This document shows positions 22,150-36,598 of a stretch of 53,307 nucleotides of DNA, piece after piece (the first letter of the stretch is position 1; each line of letters starts with the position of its first letter). The stretch covers positions 35,593,013-35,646,319 of the forward strand of contig JBOZIK010000001.1 in assembly GCA_051453625.1 (NCBI GenBank). Direction: 5' to 3'. The translations under genes and the position numbers were made by a program. The notes under the pieces were generated by a model. The model was not told where the DNA came from and made no database searches. It was given only the letters and a program-made list of their open reading frames with translations. The stretch comes from Welwitschia mirabilis (taxonomy: Eukaryota).

Positions 22150-23830
22150 GATGTTCAAGCTGATTTGCCTATCTTCTACTCCTTTTTATACAACATACAA
22201 AATGATCCAACCACTAAGAGTAGAGTTACTAATGTATCATATGCCTTCTTCTACATCATTGCTATCATCATCAATATACTTAATGGTGGGTGTCTAAATA
22301 GTATAGGAAGAGAAAGATATGGGTGGAAGAGTGTGCCACTTCCTAGATGACTGCTAAGATGTCTTACTAGGGTTCTGAGAGGTCTATCTCCTCATACATG
22401 AATACATTTGAGCAGTAATGGAGGTTCCAAAGAAGTTAGCAATGGCAGTATCAGCAAAATATGGTGGTGGAGCTATGGAAAAAGATGGAACATAAATGGA
22501 TTTTGTGAAAGGTGGTGATGGACATGGAATGCAAGGTGGTAATAAGGGATGAGGGTGTGATGGAGGATTCATAGGCTAATGTATGAGCCACTTTCAATAA
22601 GGCTTATAAAAGATGTGGGGCTGAATATAAGAGCTTTTAGAATATTGCTATTGCTTTTCATGTGATTGTTCTAGATCCTAATGCTCTCCTTATGTCTATT
22701 TCTCCTCTTCTGTAGACTTTGAAGAATCATTATCTACTACATGACTTAAGTTATATTCTATAGCATATGGAACTAAAGGTGTCTCTACCTCTGATTCCTC
22801 CTTAGAATTAGTTCAACAAGGAGTCCCCATGGATTTTCAACTATCTATAAGAGTCTCTTCTTCATTGGTTGTAAAATAGTAAATCTTTAACCTTAACATA
22901 TTACATCTAATCTTATCTACCATCTTTGTAATAGCCTTCAAACCCTTCTTTATATATTATGAACTATGAGATGTTGTAGGGTAATATTATGGGAATTATG
23001 ATTTGGATGATGTCTTACTTGTGCCTTTACCTACAACTACTAGTACCTTTCATTTTTTACTAAACTCTACAAGTGAATTTTTAGAATTGATGAGATTTAC
23101 CTATGGTACTAAAATGTTAGAATTGCTAATAGATCAAGAAAGGATAATTCAAAGTTTAACCCTTCCAAAAAAGTGTAATAATATCCATACATAAAATAAA
23201 ACTAGATCAATCTTCAACCTCATAAGAAGACACTAAATAATAAATGTCTATATGGGATTACAATAGCTATAGCTATCACCTGAATAAGTATGTTGTAGAA
23301 TGTGATTAAGCTTAAAATAGAAGCATTTGGTACCATATCCTTATGCTATATGCTTTCATAAAAATTTATTCTAAAATGCCCAAAAAGCACATTACTCATT
23401 AAACACTGTGAAACACTAATAGAGTGACAAGTAAATATATCTTTGGATGAATACACTTGTAATTATAAGAGTCTAAATTATTAATACCAAGCATGGAATT
23501 CACAAAACTTCATGTAAGAAATAAAGAAATACCTCATAGTTATGTTTGAAAAGTCCCATTGTAGTCATCTATCTCATGGATTTTGGCATAAAATTCTCTA
23601 ATAACATGGTCTAAAATTCCCTGGTTTAATTGGACTATCGTATTCCATTCAACATGTGAAAAGGATACAAGAATATAATATTTTCTCTATTTTTGGAAGT
23701 TAATAGTCCATTCTACAATGATTGAGTCTCTATTTTAGGTTTTAAAATGTTTGGTAGTAGATGCATGATAAAGCTAAGTCTCATATTATGGTCTGTCCAA
23801 TTTTATTACTAGTTCATTATCATTAAAGGC
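22150..23830 (-). pseudogene. env-like extra ORF of the full Sirevirus-like element, decayed
   Basis: EWNTIVQLNQGILDHVIREFYAKI motif near 23580-23650 and a Pro-rich C-terminal part (ORF 22384-22572), located between RH and the PPT. Boundaries are approximate. Confidence 0.6.
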
Positions 23831-24579
23831 ATAAGAGGAATTTATCCTCACTAGTTTTTCAATAATATATAAAAGAACTAGACTAATAATAATCAAAATG
23901 AGAAGGAATCAATAAAAATGAGCACCAATGAGAGAAAATAGCACATGTTGTACTAACAATGGAGATTTCTTACAAATTCAAAACATCTTTACTAATAGAT
24001 CTAAGAAAAATAGGCTGGCAAAGAGCTTTAACAGGATACCTTTTAAGTAGAGAATTGAAAATGATAAATGGTGGTCCATTTTGAAATAAACAAGGTTAAA
24101 ACACTCATTTTTTGGTGCATTTTTTTATTTTTGCAATAGTTCTTGAAAGATGTCTACTAGCTAAAATACATCTAAAATGATAATAGTATATGTCTACCTT
24201 TATAAAATATGTCTTCTATTAAAAATTTCATGAACCTTCTACATATTGTAAAGATGTCTACCTATTCAAAGATGTCTATTTCAAAAAGTAATGAAAAATG
24301 TACCTAGCCTTCAAAGACGTCTATCATATAAAGATATCTACTTAACAGACATCTACCATACTGAAGATGTCTTCCTGATATATTTCTTCCATTAAATTAT
24401 GTCTTTCTTGAAAGATTAAAAAGCTTCAAAATTTTCTACGACTAACATCATGATAAAAATAACATAGTATAAAGGTAAAGTAACATGCATAGAATTTACT
24501 AATTTAGTATATAACTATAGTCTCAACTCATAGTATATTATAATGTGAAGTTTAGACTTTGAAAATGATTGCTTAATAA

Positions 24580-27500
24580 TTTACTTGATTGGATAAGGCC
24601 TAATTGCAAAGTTCCCATACAATTTAACAAACCTATCACCACTTATTGGTTTAGTGAAGACATTAATGAATTGATCATCAGTACTAATGTATTATAGCAT
24701 AATATCCTTGTTTTGTACATACTCTATGAGAACATGATGTTTGATCTCTATATGTTTAGTTCTTGAATGTTAAATTAGATTCTTTGAGATGTCGATAGCA
24801 CTTTTGTTATTGAAAAATATGGGGATGATCTCCAAGGATAGTTTAATATATTTTAATGTTTACTTCATCCAAAGTATCTCTGCATAATAACTACCAATAG
24901 TTATGTATTCAGCCTCAATAGTTAAGAGAGTAGTTGAGTTTTGCTTTTTACTACTCCAAAATACTAGACAATGCCCAAGTAAGAAACAAATTCTAGTGAT
25001 GCTTCTTTTATTATCTTTGCATCCTACCTAATCTACATTAAAATATCTAATTAGATCAAGACAAAATTCCTTTGAATACCAAAGGCTCCAATTAGTAGTA
25101 TCTTTTAGATAAAGAAGAATTATTTTAACTACTATAAAATGTGATTCTATAGGATTACTTTAATAATGAGTACAAATCCCTACACGCAAAATGATATCAG
25201 ATCTACTATCAATAAGATATAATAAGCTATCAATCATATCTCTATATAACTTCTAGTTAACTTTCTTACCATTCTCATCTTTGTCCACTTTTATGCTTTG
25301 GTTGATTGGGATATCTTTCGCATTACAATCTTGTAAACCTTACTTGACTAAAAATATTTTAATATATTTAGTTTAAAAAATAAATGTACATTATTTGTAT
25401 TTCATAATTTGAAGCCTTAAGAAGTTGTTCATCTCTCTTATGAGATTCATTTCAAACTCATCCTACATAATCTTAGGAAATTTCTTACATAATAATTTGT
25501 TAGTAGCTCTAAAAATAATATCATCTACATAGATTTGCACAATGGTAAAATCCTTACCATCCATTTTAATAAATAATGTAACATTAAATGTACCTCTTTT
25601 GAATCCATTTTATATTAGGTGACTTGACAATTTCTTGTACCAAGCTCTAGGTTCTTACTTGAGACCATAGAGATCCTTTATTGGTTTGTATACATAGTCT
25701 AATTTATGAGAATTTGTAAATCCTTTAGCTTGCTCAACATATACTTCTTATCAAAGCACTTGATTTAAAAATGCACTTATAATATCTATCTTTTAGAGTT
25801 TGAATCCTTTAATACATGCAAAAGCTAAAATCATTCTTATGAACTCCATATGAGCTATTAATGTACAATTTTTTCTTCAAAGTCTATGCCTTCTTGTTGG
25901 TTATACCCTTTAGCTAATAAACTTACTTTCTTTTTGATAATATTACCTTTTTACTTTGTTTTATTTCTAAAAACCCATTTTGTACTAATAATAGATGTAT
26001 TAGATAGTCTTGGAGTAGGTTCCATACATCACATCTTTTAAACTGATTAAGCTCCTCTTGCATTATTAGCATCTAATGTTTATCGCTTTCTACTTCATTG
26101 AAAGTTTTGGGGTTCTACCTATGAGATATATGCTGCAAATCCACAAAATTTCTTAATATGGCTTTGANNNNNNNNNNNNNNNNNNNNNNNNNNNNNNNNN
26201 NNNNNNNNNNNNNNNNNNNNNNNNNNNNNNNNNNNNNNNNNNNNNNNNNNNNNNNNNNNNNNNNNNNTACATAATCTTAGAAAATTTCTTACATAATAAT
26301 TTGTTAGTAGCTCTAAAAATAATATCATCTACATATATTTGCACAATAGTAAAATCCTTACGATCCCTTTTAATAAATAATGTAACATTAAATGTACCTC
26401 TTTTGAATCCATTTTATATTATATGACTTGACAATTTCTTGTACCAAGCTCTAGGTTCTTGTTTGAGACCATAAAGATCCTTTATTAGTTTGTATACATG
26501 GTCTAATTTATAAGAATTTGTAAAGCCTTTAGGTTGCTCAACATATAATTCTTATCGAAGCACTTCATTTAAAAATGCACTTCTAATATCCATCTTATAG
26601 ATTTTGAATCTTTTAATACATTCAAAAGCTAAAATCATTCTTATGAACTTCATATGAGCTACTAGTGTACAAATGTTTCTTCAAAGTCTATGCCTTCTTG
26701 TTGGTTATATCCTTTAGCTGCTAAACTTACTTTATTTTTGATAATATTACCTTTTTACTTTGTTTTATTTCTAAAAACCCATTTTGTGCTAATAACAAAT
26801 GTATTATATAGTCTTAGAGTAGGTTCTCATACATCATATCTTTTAAACTGATTAAGCTACTATTGCATTGCTAGCATCTAATGTTTATCACTTTCTACTT
26901 CATTAAAAGTTTTGGGGGTTCTACCTATGAGATATATGCTGCAAATCCACAAAATTCCTTAATATGGCTTTGAGTTTCAATACCACCATATGGAGTAACT
27001 ATTATAGTCTTATAGAGTGATTTCTCTTTAGTTTAACCATGTTTGAATAATTTTCCTTATCTATTCCTTCCTCTTTTTCCTCCTCACTATCTAATTAAAC
27101 TTAAAGATGGCTAGATAATTAATCAATTTGTATAGGAATATAGTCATCTTGCACATAAATAGAAGTTGAGTAAATATCATTTATTTTAATGTTTATGATT
27201 TCTTTTACTACATAAGTTCTATTATTAAATACATAGTAGGCTTTACTGACCATGGAATATCCTAGAAAAATGTCACTGTCAACTTTGGAATTCAATTTTA
27301 TTAGCTTATCCTTTTCATTGAAGATGAAAAATTTTAATCTAAATATATGAAAATAACTTATAGATGGTTTCTTACTAGACCATAGTTCGTATGAAGTTTT
27401 GAAAGTGTAATGTCTTAGTATAATTCGATTTGAAATGTAATATGTAATGTTGATTACTTTTGCCCAAAAATGACAAGAAACCTATTTATCATGCATCAAT

Positions 27501-30500
27501 GTTGTTTCCATTTCATTTAGAACTCTATTCTTTCTTTTAGCCCCTCCATTTTGTTGTGGAGTTCTTGGTGCAAAGAACTAATTGAGAATATAAAATTGTT
27601 CACTAAAATCTTTAAACTTTACATTTTTAAATTCAATACTATTAATGCTTCTTATCATCTTAATCTTATACCTCTTTTGGTTCTATAACCTAATACATAG
27701 CTTATAGAAAACATTAAATTCCTCATCGCTATGTGCAAGGAAGGCTACCTATGTAAAATGAGAGTAATCATTAACAATAGATAATATCTTTTCTTACCAA
27801 GACTTTCTATAAGATATGGATTAACTATGTTAGAATGCAAAAGATCTAAAGGATGTTTAGTTGTGAGAGTGTTTTTCTTACCAAATCTTATCCTTATTTT
27901 CTTTCCTTTCTAGTAAGATTCAAAAACTTGATTATTAATGCTTTTCAAGTTAGAAAGTCCTCTTATCATTGCTTTTGTGGATAATATTTTTAGCAAGTAT
28001 TTGTTTACATGTCCAATCCTCTTGTGTCATAGCTCCATTTTACCTATTATACTTAATACATGCTTTCTTTCCTTGTTAGAAATTTTTTATAAAGTATGTA
28101 GATATTATATTTTCTAATTTTAGTAAATAAGACTTTGGTTGAGTTATGTTCTTTAATAATACAATCATATTTCATAAAANNNNNNNNNNNNNNNNNNNNN
28201 NNNNNNNNNNNNNNNNNNNNNNNNNNNNNNNNNNNNNNNNNNNNNNNNNNNNNNNNNNNNNNNNNNNNNNNNNNNNNNNCTCCGTCTATACTAGCGTGTT
28301 GTATTTTGCATCTTAATTATAATTAACAGGACTGAATTTGAACGTGAACTATTGCATAAATACACACCGCAATAATGTCATTTCTTATCAAGACTTTCTA
28401 TAAGATATGTATCAACTATGTTAGGATGCAAAAGATCTAAAGGATGTTTAGTTGTGATAGTGTTTTTCTTATCAAATCTTATCCTTGTTTTCTTTTCTTT
28501 CTAGTAAGATTCAAAAACTTGATTATTAATTCTTTTCAAATTAGAAAGTCCTCTTATCATTGTTTTTGTGAATAATATTTTTAATAAGTCTTTGTTTACA
28601 TGTCCAAGCCTCTTGTGTCATAGCCTCATTGGACTTCTTATACTTAATACATGCTTTCTTTCATTATTAGAAATTTGTTGTAAGGTATGTAAATATTATA
28701 TTTCCTAATTTTAGTAAATAATACTTTGTTTGAGCTATGTTCTTTATTAATACAATCATCTTTCATAAAAGTGATAGAAACTTTTGCATTGCTTAACTGA
28801 CTAACACTTAATAGATTATGTTATAACCCTTCTATAAGGAAAACACCTTTTGCTTTAGATAGGTTATCTCTTTTAATAGTTTCAATACCTCTGATAGAAA
28901 CCTCTATATTATCATCAAAGTTGACCACTCTTTTGTATTACTCTATCAAGGTGGTAAAGCTAGATTTATCTCTAGTCATATACCTTGAACATATACTATC
29001 AAAGTACTAGAAATGTTTCTTTATTGCTCATAGTGCAATCTGAGCTAATAAAGCTAGACTTAATTTTAGAACCCATATTTTCTTTGGTTGAGCCTACACA
29101 AAATGTTGTACCATGCTTCTTATCCTTTTGGCATTGTTGGTGTAATATCTAGTTTTGAATTTTATTGGATAATTAAACTAATAATAATCTCATTTATAGA
29201 AGTAATAATATATTATATTAATTATATACACTAAATTCTCATTCCTTGATTTGTAGTTCCATTTGTTAAATAAGGAAGCTAAAGTACCAATGAAGCCTTC
29301 ATTGTGACCCACACCACTTTTATCATTTGGGCTTCTACATTGTTTAAGAATAATGTTTAATGTATCCTTCCCTTGGGTAAATTTCTTATTGATTCTTTTT
29401 AAGTTAAAAAAATTCTTATCTAAGATGTTTTAATTCATCCATTAGTTTACTAATCTCAACTTTAAGAGCTAAGTTTTTAGATGACAACCTATTGTAAGAA
29501 CATTTTTATTGTTCATATGCTCATTCATGAGAATAAAGTATTTTTTTCATTTTAGCACATACCTTTTGCAACTTAATGAATTCTTCAAAAATTAAACCAT
29601 ATCTATCTTAAATTTTCATATCTATTTCAACATCACTATCTGATTTAGATTCTTCTTTTCTTTCATTACTTTCCTTTTGGATATGTGTAATGGCCATGTA
29701 AGATGGATAAAATTTTTGACCATTAGTGTTATTACTTTAGTTGCATCCTTATCATCTCTTGTCTTGTGAAGAAAAATATCCTTTTATTAGGCTTTTTGTT
29801 TCTTTTTCTTACAATCTATTATAGCTAGGACATTACTAGGCTATGTGTTTTCATCCTTCACAAACCCAACATTCTAACTTAGAAATATTAGACTTGGAAT
29901 AAAATGAAGAACTATTAGAAGTCTTACCTTTTAACTTACCTCTAGCTTAAAATCTGTACGGTTTTTGATAGTCCTCCTTTTTGTTATTCTTACATGAAGA
30001 AGTATTTTGACTCACTTTGTGATGAGAGTAAGTTCTTCATCTACATCATCTTTAGAGTCTTCTCCATTTGATCCTTCTTCTGTTTTTTCTTTTAAAACTT
30101 ATCTTATATTTTCACTAGCTTTAAGAGCAATAGGATTCTCTTTTAAAGCACCATCTCGGATAAAATTTATCTCATAAGTTATTATAGTACTCTATAATTA
30201 TTCAATCTTCATTAAGTTAAAGTCTTTTATTCTTCCATGGTTGTTGTCTTAGGCTTGTATTATATAGTTAAGAATATAATAAACTTTTGGATTACCTTAG
30301 CCTTAGAAAAATTTTCACCAATGCCACATATAGAATTCACTAGCTGGAGATTCTTGTAAAGTATTCATGTACTCTTTTACAATTTTTCATATTTAAATTC
30401 TCAAATTAATTTATCTAAATAAGAGGTTTTGATTACTTAATGATGGATGTTTCTCCATACGTTCCCATTAGAACATTCTATATTTCTTGTGCAATTTTGC

Positions 30501-30790
30501 ATTCAACTATTCTGTTTAATTCCTTCATTGTAAGGACTAAGTAGATAGCATTTTTTTACTTTTGAGTTATACATGAAAGCTATCTTTTATTTGTCTTCCT
30601 AGCTTCTTCTAGATTTGATTTATGTAATGGAATTGTTTGTAACATCTATTGTGGTTTCTATAGATTTTGAATATTCATATTTAATTCTTTACCAAATCTA
30701 AAACTCATACGTTTGTAAGTACACCTACATCCTCATCTTTTAATAAGAATAATTAGTCTCATTGAAGAATGGAGGTCTAACAAATGGCAT
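24580..30790 (-). pseudogene. Decayed copia gag-pol (gag, PR, IN, RT, RNase H)
   Basis: MPFVRPPFFNETNYSY (gag), YFDSICSRYMTRDKS (PR), APRTPQQNGG (IN, near 27545), VQIYVDDIIF (RT, near 25520), HSRTKHIEIKHH and NVFTKP (RH, near 24650-24770). Confidence 0.93.
28280..28374 (+). mobile_element. 3' terminal fragment of an Athila-family LTR
   Basis: Reverse complement TATTGCGGTGTGTATTTATGCAATAG resembles the Athila LTR end at 47475 (TGTTGCAGTGCATATTTATGCAATG); abuts copia integrase sequence. Confidence 0.55.
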
Positions 30791-32659
30791 TTCTTCTATA
30801 GTTTACTCAAGGATGGTTACTCCTTTTTATGAGTACCCATTTGAATACCACTTTAGGATCATTAAACCTAGAAGGGAGGGGTAAATGAGGTCTACAAAAA
30901 ATAACTTAGCTAAAAATAAATGAAAAACTATACAATAAATACCTTACTAGATTAATGTAGTGTTCCAACATGATAACATCCACACATAGGGGGTAGCTTC
31001 CTCTCATACATTTGGATATTCTTGACCTGTAAAAAAACAATGGTTTTGGAGCACCACCAACATTACATATAATATGAGATGCCCTTTTTAAGGCAAATCT
31101 CTTTTCCCCTTAGGAATCTTCAAGAAAACAATACCAAAAATGTGCTCTCAAGTACTTATAGAAGCACACCCATATAAGGAATGCTTGATAATATGGAAAA
31201 CAAAGCAAGGGAACCTATGATAGACAATAAAGAATGGAAATTCTAGCAAGGGATCTAATAGTCCTATAATTTAAGTTCCAATAAATAATGACAATAAAAA
31301 ATAATCTTAAAATGATATCTCTTTGATAAAGTACTTGAGTTATTCCTTTTTTTATCACCCACAAGTGTCAAAGATTAGAGTGATGTAGCATTATAGAATC
31401 TAATGATTGAATGATGTATTCATTAAATAGTTTCTTATAAAATATAGCTAAAAGCTTTATTTATAGGGCTAATCACCTATGTGTTCATGCATGTATAAGA
31501 CCTATTGCTTTCTTCTCTCTTTATGCTTATATATTTTTGATGTCTTTCTAGCTATTACCCTAAAGAGATAGAACCATTTAAAACATGTAACTACCATACA
31601 ATGAATAGAAATGATTGAGCATTAGGTATGCAATGACTATTTTATTTTTTGTAAACTTTCTAAATAGACATATTTAAGATGGTAGACATCTCCTCTAAAA
31701 AAACGTCTTCAACATGGAAGATATCTTTGGTCAAACTACATAGATTTTGATGAAACTCAAACTATAGTTCCTATAACCCTTAATGATTATGAATCTAAGA
31801 TGTAAAATCTAATTTCTTTCTTAAGATGTAGATAATTCATCAAAATGGAATTTATCTCTATTACCTCTTCCAATTCAATATAAACATCTTCAACTCTATA
31901 GACATCTTTCAAGAGTCAAATTAGCATAGACATCTTTCACATGATAGATGTCTTTCATCTGTTTTAGATACTTACTTTACCATAGTTATCTTTTGATGTC
32001 CTTCTTTATGATTGAAATCTGGTTTAGCATAGAAGTCTTTAATGTAGTAGATTTCTTTTCCATAAATATATTCAAATGTATAGAAATCATTAGAATAGAT
32101 GTCTTCAATTGTGTAGTCATCCTCAGTTAGTTGTGTTTCAGCATTTATAAATTCTAAGCCAAACTATCTATGTGCTATGAACTTTGATGTTTGACTTGAA
32201 TTGATAATTTTCATGATTTGGTATTCTCTAATTTAACCTTTCTATATAATAGGTGCAATATATTTGATAAGTGAAATCAGCAAAACTAGATTTTTATGAA
32301 TAAAAACATGTTACACTAAACCCTTTATCATCTCCTCATTAATATTTAACAATTTTGTAAAATTTTTCTATAATTATCAATGATTACAATGACATAGAAT
32401 CTGGGTCCACTTTCATGACCCTAGAAATTTGAGTACTAGTGTAGTCCTATACTAAGATGATGTAGGATTATGATATTGGATAAGTTTACATGAGTAATGT
32501 CAACATTTACATAAGTTAGAGTTATCTAAAAAAGAAAAATAAGATACATGGCTCATTTTAGGAAAAGATGAAAAAGAAATAAATTAGATGATATTATATC
32601 TACTTTGATCAAAATTTCATGCTTGGGATATTCTTGATATAGGGCCTTAATTTATGGAG

Positions 32660-32727
32660 AAAAAACCAATAATTAGCTTAGAGAACCTTAGCAAAAAACC
32701 AATAATTAACTTAGAGAACCTTAGCAA
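32660..32727. repeat. 33-bp tandem duplication
   Basis: AAAAAACCAATAATTAGCTTAGAGAACCTTAGC x2 with one mismatch. Confidence 0.85.
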
Positions 32728-35700
32728 CCCAAATCTAGAAGAGTTATTATAGAATAAAGTCCATGTATAAATATATTTAAAAACTAATGGAGAAGATATC
32801 TCACTCTAGATCTTGTGTTAGCCTAAGATGTAAAACCCAATCTTTACAAATTAGTTGTATCCTTTTTTTTTTTGCATGATGCATTTATTTTTAATTATTT
32901 AAGGTTATGGGTGCTTATCTGATTAATTTAGTATCTACACATATTGACTTCTTGAAACATAATGCATCAATATGTCCATATTATCATAAAAAAACTTTTC
33001 AACATTCTTAATTTATTGAGATTTCTTTTATTACTCATTTCCTCTCTAAAGTTATTTAAAAATCATCCTCATTAAAACCTTTATCAAATTTATTTTAAAA
33101 TAAAATCTAATTATGATTTAGAACTCCTTCCTGTATGTTCAAATATTTTGCTTTAAAATTTGAACACAATAAGTTGTTTTTTCAAAATCTTTCTTTGCAA
33201 AATAGTTCTTGCTTTTATTCCATATGATGGTTTAATGAATTATGTTTTTTCAAATGTCACATCATTTCATCCTCTTATTATAGAATAAAGTCTTCATCTT
33301 TCAAGGAGAGAAATATTATGTGTAAAAAACCTAAATAAAAGGTATTTCTATTTTTAATATCTTTGTTCTTATGAACTAAATGTTTCTAATCTCTAAATTA
33401 TCTTTCATACTAATTTTTTAATTTCTTTTTACTAATATAAATTTTTAGTGATTAGAATGTAAGAGGATTAACATCATTCCACTCCTCCCTTTCCTTTTTT
33501 TTTAACTTATCAAAGAACATTTTTAATTAAATAATTTTGAAATGGGATTTAATCAAGTAGGACAATAACTAACTTAAACCTATGCATCCCATATTGTGAT
33601 ATTTGTTATACTTAAAGAGCTTTATAAACACAAATTATACTTATTAATTTTATTAAAATAAATATTTTTATGAAATGGTTTAATGATTGAAGTTAACTAT
33701 GAACTTAAAAAAATTCAAAGTTAAAATAAATAATATTAAAAAACCTTTACAAAAAGAGAAGATAATGCCTTAGTAAGCATATTATATTAGCTAAAATCAT
33801 GATAAGTTGTAATATTTTTTTAAACATCATGCATCAAATTTATACATTTATAACTCTAGCATCATTTGTAATTTCAAAAGCATAAAATATTAATAACAAG
33901 AAGCCATTTTATATTTTTAAAATTATCTTGTTTGAAAAAGCATAAGAAAATTTTAAGAAGAATCCATCTTTGTTGAAGTTACTTGTTAATAAGAGTAAGG
34001 TTATATTTTATACAAATTGATACCTTACAATTCTATCAAACATAAGGAACTTTTAATACAAAAGTGATATTCCATACAATATATATATACATATATATTT
34101 AAAAACCAAGCACATGATTGAGATATTAAATTTTAACAATAGAAAAAAGAGGAGTTTATACTTTTAACACCTTCATCCTTTTTATCATCTTATCTTTACT
34201 CATTTTAGATAATTTATTTTTATATCTAGTTACATTTAAAATATTTCTTTGATTAATTTTCTTTTTCTACTTGTTTAATAAGTGTCTTCTATGTTTTTTT
34301 ATTATTAATTTCTTTAGTCCATTTGTACTATATCTATGCTTTTTGGAGTATATCATTTTGATTTCACTGTTAATGCAAGATCACCTTTCATGCTTTAGAT
34401 TTAAAAAAATTAGTATTAAATTTGTACTAATAAATAGAAATTTCATGATTAAGGTTTCTCTTAAATCCTTATAAATAGAGAGATTGGTAGGTTTAAGTGC
34501 ATTGACAAGAAATACAAAACTAGCTAAGATAATCACAATTAGTCTTACCATATCCCAGGAAGTTGCCAAATGCAAATTTAACATAACACAAGCTACTTTT
34601 AAGACTTTAATAGACCTAATTTCTTTTTCTAATTAATGAATAAAACAATTAAGATTGCAGATAAGTGTCATTATAAAAAAGAAAAGAAAAAAATAAAAAT
34701 AAAAAACTTGAATTTAAGTTTGATATGCACATAAGAAGAAAGATGAATGATATTGATTCTACAAAGCTAATAGCTTGTAACCCTATTAATAATGCATTTG
34801 AGTAAAATGGAATTGCTTGTAATTTTTCCCTTAATGAATACATTAATGGCTTATATATTAGATAACAATAGAAAAACATCAATTTATACTAGAAATTGTA
34901 TTTCCCATTGAACTAGATATATGCATAGAAATCTGATATGGAAATGAAAAATATTAAATAGAAATTATGAAATTTAGGGTAAAATCAACTTGAATATTTA
35001 ACTACAATTCTTATATTTAGATCTAAACATAGTAAAGAATAACAAGACTAAAATGAGAATAAAAATTTAAATAAACTAAATTAAAAAACTTAACTTAGAT
35101 ACATTTTAATACAATTTTAGCAAGGAATTCTTGAATGAATAGCATGTTATATAAACAAATTAAAGATGTGGTAAAGATGCACTAAAACCAATCTTATTAC
35201 CAAGAAAAATAGAAGTAAAAGAAGAATTAAATGCATTTTATAATTTAGTTACCAAAACCAAATCAGTTTTTTAAATGAAAAGGAATATAACTATAATGAA
35301 TTTCCATAGGGACCTTTAGCAAACTACAATAAAATCTATGTCAAACAAAATATTATTAAAAATTATTTGGAATAGAGGATGATTTAACATGATTTTTCTC
35401 CTTTAACTTCTTAGAATTTACTTTAATTTACTTATCAAAGTTTTTATCACTAATTATTAATATGTATTAACTCTCTAATTATTATCAAAAACTTGTTATC
35501 TTCCATCTTTAAGTGTTATCATAATTTATCTCCTATCATGTAGTGAAAAAATAATATTAAATCTAGCATTAATCCTTATGGACAAATGATATTTCATCAT
35601 GTCATAGCTCCATTAATAATCAGTAATTAATAACAATTTTTTCATGTGCTTTCTCTATGTGTTATCAAATTGGAACTAAATTCTACTAAGTTTCTTTCAT

Positions 35701-35767
35701 GTCATAATAAGAGGCCATTACATCCAATACACACTGTAACATATCTTTATATTATTGAACATAGATT

Positions 35768-36598
35768 TATTAGATTATATTTGTCAATTAATATCAAACT
35801 AATTCCTCTAGTGTAGTGCAAATTTATTAGATATTATGTGCAGATAAGTTTGAGTTTTGCAGGTGAAAGATTTATCCCAAAATACACGAAAGAAACTACT
35901 CAATTATGTTTACCTCCAGTGGGGGTCAACTAGATCCTAAAGGGGTTGACTGCACCTAAAGCAGACGCAAAGAAATGAACTAAACCCAAAGGGGTTAACT
36001 GGATTATCAAGGGATCAATCCAACCTATGATCATAAGAGCCAATATCCCTAAACTAAATGGAAAGGGGTCGACTAGATATTCATAAGGTTGATCAAATTT
36101 AAGGAGCTAATAGTCAAGTCCTAGACCGAGAGGAAAGGGATCAACCAAATTTCTTATGAGGTTAACCAAATTTAAGAAGTTGACAGTCTATAGTTCTAGA
36201 CCAAGAGACAAGAGGTCAACTGAATCTAAGATGGGGTCGACCAAGTTCTTATGGGGTTGACCAGATATTTATGGGATCGATCAGACGGTATGAAAAAGTA
36301 AATCTTATATATGTTATGTATCTATTACGTAGCTATTACCTAGTCATTTTCTAGTCATTTATAACCGTTGGAGGCGTAATTCAATTTTAATAAATCCTAG
36401 TAATCCTCCACTATAAATACCTAGGAAAGAAATGATCTAGAAATCTTTTTGACACTTTTTAAAACTAGCATATTCACTATGGATTTGAAATATCAAGTGG
36501 CATATTTCATTGGAACATCTTTTGTATTGATTCATATCTGATTGAGGAGATCTATTCTTGAAAAAGGACTTCACTCAAAATCAGTTCTAAGGACTTTG
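35768..36598 (+). repeat. Partial LTR; duplicate of the element-2 5' junction
   Basis: 35577-36598 repeats 36699-37715, including the flanking DNA and the insertion junction, with scattered substitutions. Confidence 0.85.

Larger units (their letters stand above)
20265..32302 (-). mobile_element. Sirevirus-like Ty1/copia element with complete but decayed gag-pol and env-like ORF
   Basis: LTRs about 30853-32302 and 20265-21696 (the latter cut by the Athila insertion), PPT at 21697-21713, PBS near 30838-30850, SIRE-type LTR-end motif, AGACGTCT-derived palindromic repeats. Confidence 0.9.

Noticed and set aside
22384-22572. Pro-rich ORF as an extensin-like host gene
   Set aside because: Lies within the retrotransposon env-like region, between pol and the PPT.
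32900-35000. Possible zinc-knuckle (YGHIDALCFKK near 32950-32985) and SWIM/MULE-like fragments on the minus strand
   Set aside because: Too degraded and short to assign without a search; no termini found.
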